A DNA stretch of 61,859 nucleotides from a virus (Duplodnaviria > Caudoviricetes): the IMG/VR virus record IMGVR_UViG_3300045120_000341, positions 1-61,859 of that record; one strand, 5' to 3'. Below are positions 54,405-61,859 of this stretch, piece by piece. The notes below the pieces were generated by a model. The model was not told where the DNA came from. It did no database searches and saw only the letters and a list, made by a program, of their open reading frames with translations. Position numbers and translations under genes: made by a program. Each line of letters starts with the position of its first letter. Positions within the stretch are counted from its first letter, which is position 1.

Positions 54405-56243
54405 ATGGCAACCCTCGACGATCGGGTGACGGCCCTCGAAGGGCAACAGCAGCGGACGACGAAGGCACTGATTGACCATGAGAACCGGATCGCGAAGCTG
54501 GAGGGGATTACCCCGGTTCCGCCGCCGGCCAGTGTCGGCACTCTTGACAGCGGGTTTGCCGAGCCGGCCCTGCCTGACAAGACATTCAAGTACGCTCCGA
54601 CGGACGCCAAGTGGCAGTTCGTAGGCGGTGCGGGCCTATCAACGAACGGCTCCGAATTCACGAACGGCAATCCGCCGGCCTTTGAGGGCACACAAGTAGC
54701 GTTCATTCAGAATGACGGCAGCATCGGTCAGTCGGTCGGATTCGTTGCAGGCGATTACCGGATTACATTCCGGGCGGCCCAGCGGGACAATTTCAATTCC
54801 TCGGTTGGGGTTTTTAGGGTCGATGTGGACGGGGTATCCGTCGGCACGATCCAGCCGGTAAGCAAGGATTACGAGGCCTATCACACCGAAGTCTTTACGG
54901 CCGGCACGGGCTTCCACACGATCACGCTGAAGGGTTTAGCCGCACCCGGCGGGGACAACACGGTTTTCCTAGACATCGTGAGCGTCATACCGAAGTCCGA
55001 ACCGGTGCCGCCGAATCCCTCGCCGCCCAGTCCGCCGCCCGTACCGATCCCACCGCCTTCGCCCCCGCCGCCGCCGGTCGATCCGACCGCGCACCCCGGC
55101 TACGACACGTTCGGCTGGACGGAACAGCGGCACGTCCCGGACAGCATCTTGGTCAACTTGAACCCGCAGCCGGACAACCCGGCCCTGCCTGTCCTGCCGC
55201 AGCGGAAGCGGAAGCTGCTCGCCGAGTTTGATTTACCCGACTGCCCCGGCGGCACGGACGGTGGCATGGCGTGTGACTTCGAGACGAATTGGGGTGAGAT
55301 GCTCATCGCCGGATTTACCGTGAGAGGCAGGCTGGCGAAGTTCAAGATTCCCAAGCCGGAGAACTGGAATCCGGAAATCGTCCAGACGTTGCCGAAGATC
55401 GCAGACGTAGAGCCGTGGTTCCATCCGACGGACGCACAGTGGGCGCAGGTTGAGGGCATGTACTCGGGTGCCCTGTTGCGATACGAGGGGGTTTGGTGGG
55501 CGACGATGATCCCGTTTTACGGGCACCCGGGCCCGATGGGGATTCACGGGTCGGACGGTCGGGTTCTTCACCCGGAGAACGACAGCAGCAACTTCACGGC
55601 GTTCTACAAAATCGGACCAGGGGTCAAGCCCTACCGCGGTGCGGGTAACGCGAGTTTCACATCCGACAACCGGTGCGGGCTGGAGATTGCCACATGGGAA
55701 GGCGAGATACTGGCGGACTATCCGCAGAGTACCGAACCCGACTTCTCGAAGCGAATGGTCCGCAACCCGAACTACTGGCTGTGGGGCGATTACAAGGACG
55801 ACATCTATGCGTGGATGTGGTGTCCGCCTGCCGCGAACGGTGTCGGGTTTCTTACGGGCCACATCAATCGCGGGGGCGTCTACGACCCGAAGGAAAAGAT
55901 TTTCCACGTGTGGCCGTTACTTCCCCACGGTCCGTTGTGTTACAAGTGGCCTAGCGGACTGATCGACTCGACCGGCGGGAATCAGGATTTACTATCGCTG
56001 TACGAGCTTTACTACACGTGGGAGTATGAGTTAAACGGGCCGGGGTTCGCGGGTCCGCCGGCCGTTCCGGGTGGGCTGAGTTCGAGCGAGCCGTACAAGT
56101 TGCGAGGATTCTCCAAGTGGGCGTATCGGCGTGTATTGAACCACGAGGTGGACGAAAAAGGACGGCTGTACGAATTCAGTTGTAGTGCGTGGAATGGCCC
56201 GCCGTACAAGCTGCGGGTTTACGACTCGGTGGCTGGTACTTGA
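54405..56243 (+). CDS. Coiled coil + carbohydrate-binding-like domain + Pro linker + large beta domain
   Basis: RVTALE/RIAKLE heptads; jelly-roll pattern EGTQVAFIQ..G.Y.I.F.AAQR. Confidence 0.65.
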   Translation: MATLDDRVTALEGQQQRTTKALIDHENRIAKLEGITPVPPPASVGTLDSGFAEPALPDKTFKYAPTDAKWQFVGGAGLSTNGSEFTNGNPPAFEGTQVAFIQNDGSIGQSVGFVAGDYRITFRAAQRDNFNSSVGVFRVDVDGVSVGTIQPVSKDYEAYHTEVFTAGTGFHTITLKGLAAPGGDNTVFLDIVSVIPKSEPVPPNPSPPSPPPVPIPPPSPPPPPVDPTAHPGYDTFGWTEQRHVPDSILVNLNPQPDNPALPVLPQRKRKLLAEFDLPDCPGGTDGGMACDFETNWGEMLIAGFTVRGRLAKFKIPKPENWNPEIVQTLPKIADVEPWFHPTDAQWAQVEGMYSGALLRYEGVWWATMIPFYGHPGPMGIHGSDGRVLHPENDSSNFTAFYKIGPGVKPYRGAGNASFTSDNRCGLEIATWEGEILADYPQSTEPDFSKRMVRNPNYWLWGDYKDDIYAWMWCPPAANGVGFLTGHINRGGVYDPKEKIFHVWPLLPHGPLCYKWPSGLIDSTGGNQDLLSLYELYYTWEYELNGPGFAGPPAVPGGLSSSEPYKLRGFSKWAYRRVLNHEVDEKGRLYEFSCSAWNGPPYKLRVYDSVAGT

Positions 56244-56262
56244 CCTTAAGAAGGACCCGCCG

Positions 56263-56466
56263 TCACTGGGGCGGCGGGGGCGGGTCGGGCAGCGGCATCC
56301 AATGGGTAGGGTCGAAGAGCAACGCACCAAGACCATAAGTGTCCCATCGAGCCGGCTTGCGTTGCCCCGCCTGACTCCAGTGTGCCATCCAAACGTGACC
56401 GCCTATACGAGTTAGCAAAACAGCAGTTCCGTCCTTCGGAGCCGTCTCTATCGGTTGCCAGTTCAT
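56263..56466 (-). CDS. DUF551-like protein
   Basis: WQPIETAPKDGT..PTHWMPLP.PP. Confidence 0.85.
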   Translation of the reverse strand: MNWQPIETAPKDGTAVLLTRIGGHVWMAHWSQAGQRKPARWDTYGLGALLFDPTHWMPLPDPPPPPQ

Positions 56467-56469
56467 CCT

Positions 56470-56575
56470 TCACCTCGGTCCTTGCGTAAGTGTCGCGAAC
56501 AGAAACGACCACGTACCCGTCACGGGCGCGGGAGAGACCAGCGGCACGAGGTCGCAGGTTCGGCCGACGGCGCGG
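56470..56575 (-). pseudogene. Relic duplicate of the 3' end of gene 56811..58142
   Basis: GRT...L..PAPV....SF.FATL..GPR* is shared with the intact gene. Confidence 0.7.
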
Positions 56576-56576
56576 T

Positions 56577-56807
56577 TCAGCTGTTTTCCTTGGCATGACA
56601 CACAGTAGCCTTGTTGGGATCGCCGAGTAGTCGGAATAGCTTCGCCGGGTCGCAAGAGGGGCAACCCTTCTCGGCGAGTCGTGCCGCGTGTTCATGCCAC
56701 TGGCGCAGGAACTCGGCCTTCTTCGCGTCATGGTATTTTCCCCACTCCGCAGACTGACCGGCTTCCTGAATCTTCTCCCATGCGGCTTCGGCAGATTTAT
56801 TGTCCAT
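56577..56807 (-). CDS. Small hypothetical protein
   Basis: RBS GAGGTG; CPSC. Confidence 0.55.
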   Translation of the reverse strand: MDNKSAEAAWEKIQEAGQSAEWGKYHDAKKAEFLRQWHEHAARLAEKGCPSCDPAKLFRLLGDPNKATVCHAKENS

Positions 56808-56810
56808 ACT

Positions 56811-58142
56811 TCACCTCGGTCCTGTCGCTAGGGTAGCAAACACAAACGAACCGACAGCCGATACCGGCGCGGGTTCGGTCAACTTCGCCACCGTCGCCGT
56901 CCGGCCTGCCACGCTCGCCACGTACCACGTCGCCAGCGTCTGGTCGTCCTGCACCAGGTCGCCCGGCTTCAGCATCGTCGTCAGAGCCACCGGCATGGTA
57001 ATCCGCGTTCCGTCGAAGGCACACAACCTCTTCTCCAGCGACCAGACGCGGCGTGCCGGCTGCGGACCCGCGTAGCCGGTCTGGAGGTCCTGCCCGACGC
57101 TGGGGAACCATGCGGTGGTCTGCGGCAGCCACGGCCGCTTGGCCCAGTCGGAGAGCCGGGGGATCGGGCCGCAGGCGAGGTTCGCGGCTATTTTGCGGGC
57201 TTGCGGGATCGGGCCGGCTTGCGTTTCGTACCAGAGAGGGCGGAAGCGGGTGGAGCGGATTTCGCAAGATGAACCGATGACACAGATGTCAGGGGTTTCG
57301 ATACTCCCGCCCTCAAGTAGTAGAGATCCCCCATCTGATAAAAGTCCACGTACCACACATCGCCAAACGCAGTCTCTAAAAGCAGTCTGCACTGCTGAGC
57401 GAGCAGACCCGTCGTAGAACCTACCGAGGGTTCCAATGACCTCCCCGTAGCAATTTTGGAACGTAACAACCCCCGCGTACCCTTGGTTGACATCGCATAT
57501 CCTTTCGATCTGGTTGAAGTGGCTGGAAATCTGTGCGTCCATGAAGCCCTGCTGCTTCCCGTGGACGGTGTTGACGAACGCCGTATGCAGGCTCAGGAAG
57601 TCACAGGCGTAGACCTTCAGCTGCCGGTTCTGCGTGTGCGAGATGCTGATTCCATAGGTACAAAACGCGATGCGGCAGTGGTCCAAGGTGATGAACTCGC
57701 TCTGGCCGTCGGACCCGTCGGGGCAGGTCACGAGGCCGACCGCGCAGCCGGCGATATCGACGTTGCGGATCTGGACGCCGGATGACATATCCGACACTTC
57801 GATGCCAGCCGTGGGGCTATACCGAACGTTCCACCCGGGCCACTCCTCAAGGTGCGGGCCTTGCGGCTTCCAAAGCAGGTCGTCGTAGTAATCTCCCACA
57901 ATCGACAGGTCTTCGATAATCGCATCGCGGACATCCATGACGTAGACAACCGGCTCGCCTGTGAATCTGGCCCGCAGGATCGTCGCCCCCTCCGTCGGTG
58001 CCCCGAACGGTGCCCGGCCCGATCCCCGCAGCCGCGGCGTGGTCAACTGGCCCGGCGTGCCAAGTACCAGGGGTTCGGTCAGAATGTGGACGCCCGGCGC
58101 GATCCTGCCGTCGTCGGTGGTGGGGAGGTCGTGGGCGGTCAC
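56811..58142 (-). CDS. Pectin-lyase-like beta-helix protein
   Basis: I.PG.H.L..PL, LRGSG..T.L, IEDLSI.G, repeated beta-helix turns. Confidence 0.65.
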   Translation of the reverse strand: MTAHDLPTTDDGRIAPGVHILTEPLVLGTPGQLTTPRLRGSGRAPFGAPTEGATILRARFTGEPVVYVMDVRDAIIEDLSIVGDYYDDLLWKPQGPHLEEWPGWNVRYSPTAGIEVSDMSSGVQIRNVDIAGCAVGLVTCPDGSDGQSEFITLDHCRIAFCTYGISISHTQNRQLKVYACDFLSLHTAFVNTVHGKQQGFMDAQISSHFNQIERICDVNQGYAGVVTFQNCYGEVIGTLGRFYDGSARSAVQTAFRDCVWRCVVRGLLSDGGSLLLEGGSIETPDICVIGSSCEIRSTRFRPLWYETQAGPIPQARKIAANLACGPIPRLSDWAKRPWLPQTTAWFPSVGQDLQTGYAGPQPARRVWSLEKRLCAFDGTRITMPVALTTMLKPGDLVQDDQTLATWYVASVAGRTATVAKLTEPAPVSAVGSFVFATLATGPR

Positions 58143-58390
58143 GAACGCCCCTTGTACGTCGGGTCATTCTTTCGCGCCTGCTCTACGCCACGTCGCTTGT
58201 TGCACGTCCGGCAGGCTATCGCCAGATTGTCCATGTCGTTCGTTCCGCCGTCGCATTGGGGTGTAATGTGTTCCAGCGTTGCTTTCGTGTGATGCAGTTT
58301 CCTCTTGCACCAGTGGCACACGCCGAGCTTGGCATTGCCGAACAGGTCCGCCCACAACCGCAGCCGGCGTTCTCGCATCGACAGCGTCAT
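58139..58390 (-). CDS. Small HNH nuclease
   Basis: CHWC..TLEHITP..GG..DNL..AC..CN. Confidence 0.88.
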   Translation of the reverse strand: MTLSMRERRLRLWADLFGNAKLGVCHWCKRKLHHTKATLEHITPQCDGGTNDMDNLAIACRTCNKRRGVEQARKNDPTYKGRS

Positions 58391-58411
58391 CTTCGTCTCC
58401 TCGTGTCGGGG

Positions 58412-58825
58412 TCAGGTCAGTGCCGGCGGGTCTGCGAGTTGGAGGATGAAGCGGGCCATCATGTCCCTGTCTCGCTCAAAGTCAACGAATGTTTTTGAGA
58501 CAACTAATTGGCTTACTTCGCGCTCCGAATGTACCGGTTCCCAATCCACTCCGTTGAGGTGTCTGCGCACACCACGCGGGTACGGCTCGCACGCATACAC
58601 GCTGCTTCTACATTCACCGCCAAGAACGCGATTAACCCGCTTCGCAGCGGCCAGCACGTCCTCAGGCACCCCGGTCGGCGGGGCTGGCGTGGCGATGAGG
58701 GCAAGCATCTGTGATACCAGCGGCTCGAAGCCGGGGCACTGGTCCGGGTCGCGGAAGTGCGGCAGTTCGGTCAACTCGCCACATATCTCCCGAACACGTT
58801 CGAGCCGGTCGGCAAGGTCACTCAT
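58412..58825 (-). CDS. Hypothetical protein
   Basis: Operon packing. Confidence 0.5.
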   Translation of the reverse strand: MSDLADRLERVREICGELTELPHFRDPDQCPGFEPLVSQMLALIATPAPPTGVPEDVLAAAKRVNRVLGGECRSSVYACEPYPRGVRRHLNGVDWEPVHSEREVSQLVVSKTFVDFERDRDMMARFILQLADPPALT

Positions 58826-58978
58826 GGGCAGCCTCCGTCCAGCCGCGACCGCAGCCGCTGGAACTCTTGCAGTTCCGAGTCTGGCGGGTACAGGAAGTCG
58901 CCGAGCGTGAGGCGAACCTGGTACATGAGGGCGAGTACGTTCCAGAACATCGGAGGTCTCCTGGGGCGGCGGGCGGGG

Positions 58979-59206
58979 TTAAAACGCCCGCTCTACAATG
59001 GCGATAGCTGTCTTCAGGTCTTGAAGCTCCCGAAGAATCCACTGACGGTTCGTCTCTCTTTCCGTTTCAGGCAATTCGGGATTGTAACTGTCCAGACCCC
59101 ATCGGATAGTTTTGCCAACGGCGGCAAGAACTTCTCCGCACTCCTCGGCCAGATAGCCAAGTTTTTGAACGTCGGTTTTCGGGTAGTATTTGTGTTGAGG
59201 CAGCAT
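58979..59206 (-). CDS. MazG-like nucleotide pyrophosphohydrolase
   Basis: LAEECGEV...GK..RWG..ELQDL. Confidence 0.7.
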   Translation of the reverse strand: MLPQHKYYPKTDVQKLGYLAEECGEVLAAVGKTIRWGLDSYNPELPETERETNRQWILRELQDLKTAIAIVERAF

Positions 59207-59209
59207 CTG

Positions 59210-59476
59210 TCATCCTCCCTCGTTGGTTGGACCGGCGGCCAGTCTGTCGATGAGCACCATTGCCCACGCCTTGAACTGGTCGCGGTTGCACTCGCCGCGC
59301 AAGAGCCGCCGACGCCACTCCGCCAGTTCACGCAAGGTGGGGTCTAGCCGCACGCGGTCGGCGGCGAGGATGTAGATCGCCTCAGAACAGTCGTCCGGGA
59401 AGCTACACGCGAAGCCGCCGGAGTTGTTCCATCGCTCAATCGCATCGGCTATCGCGGCCTCGACTTCAATCGGCAT
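59210..59476 (-). CDS. Hypothetical protein
   Basis: RBS GAGGTG; operon packing. Confidence 0.5.
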   Translation of the reverse strand: MPIEVEAAIADAIERWNNSGGFACSFPDDCSEAIYILAADRVRLDPTLRELAEWRRRLLRGECNRDQFKAWAMVLIDRLAAGPTNEGG

Positions 59477-60071
59477 GGGGCACCTCGGGAGAGGGGGAAG
59501 GGCCGCGACGGATGCGAGCGGCCAGTGTGCGGAAGTCGTCCTTTTGTCCGTGGTGGTACGCCACGTTTGCGGCCCACATCAGCGTGTTCAGTTCGGTTGC
59601 CTTCACGTCGGCGAGCAATTCGTCACGCTCCAAGGTCAACTCCGCGAGTGCGGCCCGCAGCCGGTCGCGGTCGGCCTCGGCATCGTGGAACGCCTTTCGC
59701 ATTCCCTTATACGCTTCGGTGTTCCACTGCCCCTCTCGCGTCAGCCGCTCCACTTCCCCCGCGAGGCGGGCGGACTCGGCTTCGGCCTTACCAGCCCGGA
59801 TGGTGAACGCCGCGACAATCTCCCGTTGCAACTTCGGTTCGGTCTGGTCCCAACGGGCGAGCAGGAAGTCCAGCTTGCTTGGGTCCAGTTTCAAGTCGGC
59901 CAACTCCCGGCACCCGGCGACGAGGGCGCGGACGGTCGCGACATCGAGGCCGGCGTTCATGTAGCCGGGGCAATTCAGGCTCTGCTCCAGTTCGTCCAGC
60001 CGCTCGGGCGGCAGTGGGTCAGGCGGGGGCATTGGGTGTCTCCTTGTGGGCGTCGGCGATGGCCTTGGCAA
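59466..60071 (-). CDS. Coiled-coil hypothetical protein
   Basis: Heptad-rich; the start may be the ATG of MPPPDPL. Confidence 0.55.
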   Translation of the reverse strand: MPRPSPTPTRRHPMPPPDPLPPERLDELEQSLNCPGYMNAGLDVATVRALVAGCRELADLKLDPSKLDFLLARWDQTEPKLQREIVAAFTIRAGKAEAESARLAGEVERLTREGQWNTEAYKGMRKAFHDAEADRDRLRAALAELTLERDELLADVKATELNTLMWAANVAYHHGQKDDFRTLAARIRRGPSPSPEVPHAD

Positions 60072-60293
60072 AGATTGCCTTCATCGCCTTGCGAGCGCTG
60101 CGTACGAGTTCTTTTTCGTTCTTTGCCGCCGTCTTACTCCGAGCCTTTGCCTGCTCGAATACGTCCCCGATGGCGATAGAAACACGACCCTTGCCGCCGT
60201 CCGGTTCTTCGGAAACCATCACAATAAAACCATGCATCCCCGTCCCCCTTCGTGTTTCCCGGTCACCCACGGCACCCCGGCGGGTGTCGTTGA

Positions 60294-60482
60294 TTACAAC
60301 CCTTCGTTTTCACAGAACCATTCCGCAACCTCGATCTCGATCTCCTCGTCCCCGACGTCTACCTCACCGGGATCCTCGATTACACTCTTCGGCACCCATC
60401 GATCGTCGCCGTCAACCGACAGCAGGAACGCCAAGTCGGTCTGAGCGACAACGCGATCGACGGCGACGGTTCTGTATCGCAT
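60294..60482 (-). CDS. Small acidic beta protein
   Basis: T..A.L......WVPKS.I..EWF pattern. Confidence 0.65.
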   Translation of the reverse strand: MRYRTVAVDRVVAQTDLAFLLSVDGDDRWVPKSVIEDPGEVDVGDEEIEIEVAEWFCENEGL

Positions 60483-60485
60483 GAA

Positions 60486-61130
60486 TTACTTCCTCGCCTT
60501 CCTTGCTTTCTTCGTGGCCTTCGCCGTGCCCTTCTCCTTTTCCTTCCCGTTCGTCACCCCCACGTCCGGTTCCCGGTCCGGGTTCTTCTCCGCGTCCGTC
60601 GGCGGATCAATCCCGTCCAACAGACTCGGCTTTCGAGCCGCGGCCGATTTCGCCCGCGTGAAAGCTTTCTCCGCCATCAGGAACTCGACCGCGAAATTGC
60701 CGTGCCGCTCGACCACCTCGGCGAACCCTTCACCGCCGGTCCAATCGCCTTTCTGAGTTTTCAACTTCGGCCGGCCAAGGTCGTCGTACTTCACCTCGCC
60801 CGACTTCTTCTCCTTCACGATAACCAGATGCGTCAGCATGTGATCACACAGCGCCTTCCGGTGCTCCTTCTTCATCGTGTTCCACTCACGCTCGTCGATC
60901 AGTAGCTCCGCGTCATACCCCTTCGTGACTCGGTCCTTGAGTGGGACCACTCGGATCGACGCCAGGGCCGGGTAGCCGTTGTGGCGGACGCCGGGCCCGT
61001 CGAGGTTCTGGGCCACAAGGACTCCGAGCTTGAGTTTCACCGAACGGAGCCGCTTGTGGAACGAGTCGATCGTTTCGTCCACGACATCGGTGATCTTGTC
61101 GTCCGCGGTCTGGTAAGCAGTCGTCATCAA
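60486..61130 (-). CDS. Phage metallopeptidase-like protein with degenerate HExxH
   Basis: W......ALCDHMLTH..D..GF.EVVERHG. Confidence 0.65.
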   Translation of the reverse strand: MMTTAYQTADDKITDVVDETIDSFHKRLRSVKLKLGVLVAQNLDGPGVRHNGYPALASIRVVPLKDRVTKGYDAELLIDEREWNTMKKEHRKALCDHMLTHLVIVKEKKSGEVKYDDLGRPKLKTQKGDWTGGEGFAEVVERHGNFAVEFLMAEKAFTRAKSAAARKPSLLDGIDPPTDAEKNPDREPDVGVTNGKEKEKGTAKATKKARKARK

Positions 61131-61215
61131 AGCCTCCTGGTAAGGTTAAAAATCAGTACGTTCCTTCCACGCCAATCGGGCCAGCCGATCGCCCGCCACC
61201 GATACTTTGACACGC

Positions 61216-61848
61216 TCAGAAGGGTAGCGCCTGCGTCGTTCGATTACGAACGATCGGGAGGGAAGGTACTCCCGAGTTTCCGCCGGTAGTGGGTCTTCTG
61301 AGCAATGTCTGTGGCCCGCACCCGTCGTCGGACACGAAACGAATCGGCCCCGGTTCGGGGGACGTGCAACCGCCGGGGGCGGATAACTCCGCCTCGGCGG
61401 CCTTCGCGTCCTCTTCCCCGAGCTTCGCCGCGTCCTTCTCCCAGTCGAGCCACTTGGGGATCATGCCGAACCGCGCCATATCGACGCAGCACGGGTCGAA
61501 CGCCGGGAGAGTCACAGGTCCGGCCTTCGCCAGCCTGTCGGCCTCTTCGACGCCCTGGGGGCCTTTCTGGGCCACCCAAGCCAAAGCCGCGGTGATCCCC
61601 GCCGCGGCCCACGGGAAGGTGACTGTGAGGGCTTTGTTCGCCAGGGTCTGGGCACGAAGAAGACGAGCTAATGACGGAGGACCCATCCGCCAGAACCAGT
61701 CGACGCCGGGAGTTGCATACCCGGCGCAGATTTGGTCGACGAATGGATCCCCGCCAGAGGCACCATGATATCCCCGCTGAGCGGCAGAAACAGAGTGCAG
61801 GCTCGGATTGGCCCAGAATGAAGAACAGGGAACCCACAACAGTATCAC
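61216..61848 (-). CDS. Hypothetical protein
   Basis: AAGGAGG near the start; first gene downstream of the putative ori. Confidence 0.5.
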   Translation of the reverse strand: MILLWVPCSSFWANPSLHSVSAAQRGYHGASGGDPFVDQICAGYATPGVDWFWRMGPPSLARLLRAQTLANKALTVTFPWAAAGITAALAWVAQKGPQGVEEADRLAKAGPVTLPAFDPCCVDMARFGMIPKWLDWEKDAAKLGEEDAKAAEAELSAPGGCTSPEPGPIRFVSDDGCGPQTLLRRPTTGGNSGVPSLPIVRNRTTQALPF

Positions 61849-61859
61849 CCTCCTTGAAA
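61733..61859. repeat. Terminal direct repeat (circular assembly overlap), copy 2
   Basis: Identical to 1-127. Confidence 0.95.

Noticed and set aside
1-61859. CRISPR array, DGR/retron, rRNA, alternative genetic code
   Set aside because: No repeat-spacer array, reverse transcriptase or rRNA was seen, and standard-code ORFs tile the genome.

Overview
The window is a complete, circular ~61.7 kb GC-rich temperate siphovirus genome. A 127-bp terminal overlap (1-127 = 61733-61859) gives a unique length of 61,732 bp. The host is inferred to be a planctomycete, probably Gemmataceae, from the CsrA paralogue, the integrase type and the Cys/Gly-rich secreted proteins. The minus-strand early arm encodes a primase-helicase, RecD2, an ERCC4 nuclease, a Sak4/SSB pair, a two-frame C5 methyltransferase, HNH nucleases and CsrA. 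A tyrosine integrase sits beside an attP that carries only the 5' half of tRNA-Val(TAC). The plus-strand late arm encodes terminase, portal, a 1457-aa polyvalent capsid-cargo protein, protease/scaffold, an HK97 capsid, a short-tape-measure tail, Cys-rich tail proteins, a glycosyltransferase plus methyltransferase, and a tailspike. The expected lysis position holds a papain-like protease and many membrane proteins but no recognisable endolysin. Main discoveries read from the DNA: (1) a 4.49-kb single-transposase cargo element (42440-46929) with TIRs and a target duplication, carrying an MqsR/MqsA-like TA pair with a non-SecB third gene and an orphan PycTM-like membrane protein; (2) a fixed-spacing late-promoter motif GTTCCCCC-N9-NANNNT at seven sites, one inside the protease gene ahead of a nested scaffold start; (3) a shared [VIL]xK[SAG] maturation signal across head proteins and cargo; (4) two insertions that left diverged duplicates of gene ends. 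All family assignments are by-eye motif recognition; no database searches were run.
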